From a virus, in IMG/VR virus record IMGVR_UViG_3300011005_000524, positions 1-44,450 of that record: DNA of 44,450 nt. The stretch is one strand, 5' to 3'. Below are positions 41,320 through 44,450 of this stretch, piece after piece. The notes under the pieces are model-generated. The model worked only from the letters and a program-made list of their open reading frames with translations, did no database searches and was not told where the DNA came from. Each line of letters opens with the position of its first letter. Position 1 is the stretch's first letter. The position numbers were made by a program, and so were the translations under genes.

Positions 41320-41661
41320 TTATTCCTTTCTTTGTGATATTTTTTCCAGTTCGGCAATCCTCAAATCCTTGAAGTGCTGATACTGTTTGGAAACGATTGC
41401 ATCAATGTCTGTGTTCCTGATCAGTTCAATCAGTTCCTTGAACTGTTCAAAGTCCTTTGGATAAAGCAAGATTGCAAATCCCCCGGCTTTTTCTATCTGA
41501 TTCAGGTGATAAAGTTGCAATTCTTCAGGGTGTCCCCTTGGTGCTTTCAACTCAATCCCTAAAAAGCACCCGTTCAAGCAGACAAGCAAATCAGGGATTC
41601 CGCTTTTGGTAAACTTTGCACCACCCCAGTATTTCAAAACCCATGCACCATTGTCTTTCAA
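41320..41661 (-). CDS. VRR-NUC (PD-(D/E)XK) nuclease
   Basis: GIPDLLVCLNGCFLGIELKAPRG...QLYHLNQIEKAGGFA. Confidence 0.8.
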   Translation of the reverse strand: MKDNGAWVLKYWGGAKFTKSGIPDLLVCLNGCFLGIELKAPRGHPEELQLYHLNQIEKAGGFAILLYPKDFEQFKELIELIRNTDIDAIVSKQYQHFKDLRIAELEKISQRKE

Positions 41662-41680
41662 ATGCTTTTTTACCCTGTTT

Positions 41681-42052
41681 TCAAAATTCTTTTCTGCTGC
41701 CGTTGTTCCTCACCGCCTTTCTTTTGATTGTTCTTTTGCGCTTGCAAAGTCCTGTGTCCCATGCGTGTTGGGTGTTTTCCGCAATCGTACACCATTCAAG
41801 TTGTGAAGCCCGACAATCATGTTTCTTGCCTTTCTTGTGGTTCACAACGGGCTTGTTATCAGGATTTGGAACAAAAGCAACCGCAACCAATATGTGCAAT
41901 CTGCAATTATCACGATCCAATTTCACCCGAAGATAACCGTTGCCGTCATCATAAGGCTGAAGCAGTTTCCCGGTCTGAATGTTCCTGACATTTCCCAAGC
42001 TGCTGACCTCATATCTTGGGTGATCTTCAATTACTTTCCACCGTTCTTTCAT
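41681..42052 (-). CDS. HNH homing-type endonuclease (NUMOD4 plus HNH_3-like)
   Basis: WKVIEDHPRYEVSSLGNVRN...GYLRVKL...HILVAVAFV...VNHKKGKKHDCRASQLEW. Confidence 0.8.
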   Translation of the reverse strand: MKERWKVIEDHPRYEVSSLGNVRNIQTGKLLQPYDDGNGYLRVKLDRDNCRLHILVAVAFVPNPDNKPVVNHKKGKKHDCRASQLEWCTIAENTQHAWDTGLCKRKRTIKRKAVRNNGSRKEF

Positions 42053-42740
42053 TCGTCAGCCCCCCCCATACTTCTTCATCCAATCGGGATTGAATCCTGA
42101 ATATCTGTTGTGTGTAATGGATTTCATATATGCCTTGATCCCAAAGCAAAGCAGCACCGTGTTCACCCTTGTTGTATGCCATTAAAACCAAATTCACATC
42201 CTGATACTTTTCAAACAGTTTTCGCAATATGAACATTCCGGCTCTGACATTCTGATATGGGTCAAGAAAGTCCGTCACACCAAGTCTGTTGGATAACCAA
42301 TCATGATTGACAACATTTATTCCCATTAGTCCATAGTCATGTGTTGCACTAATGCAATCTGCTTGATAGCCTGATTCCCATTCAATGATTGCCATGACCA
42401 GTGTGAAATCAATGTCATATTCCTTGCAAAGATAGAATATGAACTGCTGAACATCCGCATCCAGTTCCACGCCTAATGGCTGAAAGTCCTTATCATATTC
42501 CCAATCATCAACCGGGGGTTCACTGTCAATAATCCTGTCATCATATGCCCCATATAAGACCATTTCCGGGGCTTCTGTTGGTATGGGTGTATTTATAGGG
42601 TCAACACCTTTTTGATTCGCCCTTGTGGTCATATGACCTATCAGCACCCCGATCAGACACATCACAACTGCAATGGCAACCCATGATGCGATCACACGCT
42701 TTGCAATCTGTGACCTTCTAATGTTCCGTGAATAATTCAT
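42027..42740 (-). CDS. Membrane-anchored lytic transglycosylase (SLT domain)
   Basis: N-terminal TM segment VIASWVAIAVVMCLIGVLIG. SLT catalytic region LVMAIIEWESGYQ...YGLMGIN. Confidence 0.75.
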   Translation of the reverse strand: MNYSRNIRRSQIAKRVIASWVAIAVVMCLIGVLIGHMTTRANQKGVDPINTPIPTEAPEMVLYGAYDDRIIDSEPPVDDWEYDKDFQPLGVELDADVQQFIFYLCKEYDIDFTLVMAIIEWESGYQADCISATHDYGLMGINVVNHDWLSNRLGVTDFLDPYQNVRAGMFILRKLFEKYQDVNLVLMAYNKGEHGAALLWDQGIYEIHYTQQIFRIQSRLDEEVWGGLTNERTVESN

Positions 42741-44007
42741 CTGTCAAATCCTTTCCCAACCTCAAAGATTCAAGGTTGTCTATCTCTATACTGTTCTTCA
42801 CAAGTAGGTAATAATAGAAACACGGTTTGTCTTGACCTATCCTGTGAATCCTCTTTTTGCTTTGTTCCCAAAGATCACATGATCCTTTTCCAAGCGGAAG
42901 GGTGAAATATATGATCTTGTTTGCCTTTTGAAAGTTTCCACCCATAGCCCCGGCCTGATACTGGATAAATGTGATGCTGTTATCATGCAGTTCATAACTG
43001 TTCAGGTCTTTCGTTGAACCGTTTATAATTGATACTGGTCTTTCAAGGTCAACCGCTATTTTCCAAAGTTTTGACAGTTCAGCGGTGAAGTTATAGAACA
43101 CAATCAGCCGATCTTCCGTTGACTGAACCAAGTCTTTGAACGCATCCAGTTTTTCAGCGTGATACTGACCGCACAACTGTCTTTTATACATGGTCTTTGT
43201 CAACTGGTTGTCACCGACAAGTTCAGTTCCGTCTTTCATCATCAGATACCCGGTGCGGTTAAAATGCCGATAATCCTTTGTCATATTCAGCATGATGTTT
43301 TGTTCAATCTGTTCAGGAAGGTTCAGCACTTCTTCTGTCTTCATGAACACCGCACCGAATTGTGCAAGTTTTTTCTTCAGGTGTTCAACCCTTTTATATC
43401 CAACGATAACTTCACGGTAATGATCGCCGTCTTCAACCCATTTCGTATCAACATAACTGTTCCAAAAACCTTGTTTGTCTATATCCCAACCAAGCAAAGC
43501 AACCTGTGACCATAAGCGTTCATATTTCCCTGATGTTGGTGTTCCTGATAACAGGATCACGCTTTCAGGCTGCATCTTCAGAATGAACTTTGACCGTTGT
43601 GCTTTTTCGTTTTGAATCAGGCTTGATTCGTCAAGCATCAATGTGAAGTCTTTCAGCTTCAGCAGCCACGAACGCCGGAACGCTGTTTCATAGTTCACAA
43701 TGCCGATGATGTCTTTTTGTTCGTACATTCCCAAGGTGTCAGCCTTGTTCCTGAAGGTGATCGCCTGACTTTTCTTTGTCAGGTTCAAAATGTGATAATC
43801 GGGATAGTATTTTTTGAAATGTTCTATCCAGTCATCAATCTTTGACTTCTGACAGATCACAAGGTTCACGGCATTGTTCAAAAGATACATCTTTTCAGCA
43901 CCGACAAAGGTTTTACCAAGTCCCATATCAAGATAGTATGCAACCCGGTTGAAGCCTTGGGTGCGGTTCAGAACATCTTCTTGGTGGGGCATCAGTAAAG
44001 GTGTCAT
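42718..44007 (-). CDS. SNF2-family (SF2) helicase/translocase
   Basis: Motif I LDMGLGKT; motif II MLDESS; LLSGTP; motif VI HRIGQDKP. Confidence 0.85.
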   Translation of the reverse strand: MTPLLMPHQEDVLNRTQGFNRVAYYLDMGLGKTFVGAEKMYLLNNAVNLVICQKSKIDDWIEHFKKYYPDYHILNLTKKSQAITFRNKADTLGMYEQKDIIGIVNYETAFRRSWLLKLKDFTLMLDESSLIQNEKAQRSKFILKMQPESVILLSGTPTSGKYERLWSQVALLGWDIDKQGFWNSYVDTKWVEDGDHYREVIVGYKRVEHLKKKLAQFGAVFMKTEEVLNLPEQIEQNIMLNMTKDYRHFNRTGYLMMKDGTELVGDNQLTKTMYKRQLCGQYHAEKLDAFKDLVQSTEDRLIVFYNFTAELSKLWKIAVDLERPVSIINGSTKDLNSYELHDNSITFIQYQAGAMGGNFQKANKIIYFTLPLGKGSCDLWEQSKKRIHRIGQDKPCFYYYLLVKNSIEIDNLESLRLGKDLTDELFTEH

Positions 44008-44450
44008 TCTATCTTTATCCCCGTTATTTCTTCAAAGATTTCCTTGTCAAAGTTCGGGATTGCTCGGATGATATCTTTCTGATGCTCTGTCAGATCGTCC
44101 CACCAAATTTGACCGCATTCAGATTCAGCCAAAACTTTCAGATAACCGCCCGTTGTTTCGTGTTCAGGATGTTCAGCCTTTTCTTCACCAGTCATACGAT
44201 CTGACCATACCCATTCAAGAACATTCTTCGGAATCTGATTCAGAAGGTATCTTGCATCTGAATTTAACCAATCCCTATATGTCCATTCAGAAGGCTGATT
44301 GAACATCATGATCTTTGGTTCAACAGTATTGAAGCATCCGTTGTTGAAGGAAGATTTGTTCCAGTCCCCGGTGTTCCAGTCCCCGGTGTTCCAGTCCCCG
44401 GTGTTCCAGTCCCCGGTGTTCCAGTCCCCGGTGTTCCAGTCCCCGGTGTT
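44004..44450 (-). CDS. Early repeat protein, 3' part (NTGDW repeats then the C-terminal domain); same gene as 1..421
   Basis: The frame is open from the window end: (NTGDW)nNKSSFNNGCFNTVEPKIMMFNQPSEWTYRDWLNSDARYLL... The ORF track reports only 44004..44309, starting at an internal Met. Confidence 0.75.
   Translation of the reverse strand, partial: NTGDWNTGDWNTGDWNTGDWNTGDWNTGDWNKSSFNNGCFNTVEPKIMMFNQPSEWTYRDWLNSDARYLLNQIPKNVLEWVWSDRMTGEEKAEHPEHETTGGYLKVLAESECGQIWWDDLTEHQKDIIRAIPNFDKEIFEEITGIKIE
44357..44450. repeat. Tandem 15-bp repeat (6 units + TGTT), identical to 1..94
   Basis: Read directly. Confidence 0.95.

Overview
The window is one essentially complete temperate tailed-phage genome with a contractile, PBSX/Xkd-like tail module. 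It appears circularly closed: nt 1-94 are identical to nt 44357-44450, which leaves about 44,356 bp of unique sequence. All family names below are my recollection of motifs in the translations, not search results.

Layout:
- Almost all genes are on the minus strand.
- An early operon starts at a divergent switch region (about 2090-2330) and runs 2088->436. It crosses the contig junction inside a 15-bp-repeat gene.
- It continues through a replication/recombination/DNA-modification module (44007->30926): SNF2 helicase, membrane-anchored SLT, HNH, VRR-NUC, HD, Sak4-like ATPase, DUF669-like, PolB, primase-helicase, MTase, PP-loop enzyme and a DUF4406-like protein.
- The late region runs 30553->4823. 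In order it holds a DUF1492/RinA/ArpU-type regulator, terS, terL, portal, a MuF-ADP-ribosyltransferase fusion, scaffold, capsid, connectors, sheath, tube, a frameshifted chaperone, tape measure, baseplate, tail fibre, a diversity-generating retroelement (DGR), holin and a 4-domain endolysin.
- A short plus-strand lysogeny cassette carries a CI-like repressor, a 148-aa cargo protein and a tyrosine integrase.
- I saw no tRNA, rRNA or CRISPR array.

Most notable observations:
1. A DGR has adenine-only TR/VR differences in the tail-fibre C-terminus and no visible Avd gene.
2. A perfect 26-bp inverted repeat brackets the whole lysis/lysogeny switch, next to the tyrosine recombinase.
3. Two homologous ~200-bp GGTAAC-iteron/AT-rich elements lie 28 kb apart.
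4. A 16-bp palindrome, GTTAAGA-NN-TCTTAAC, recurs at the switch and at three other intergenic junctions.
5. A promoter-terminator cassette precedes terS, and further intrinsic terminators lie inside the late operon. This implies read-through control.
6. A perfect 15-bp tandem repeat encodes NTGDW pentapeptides at the contig junction.
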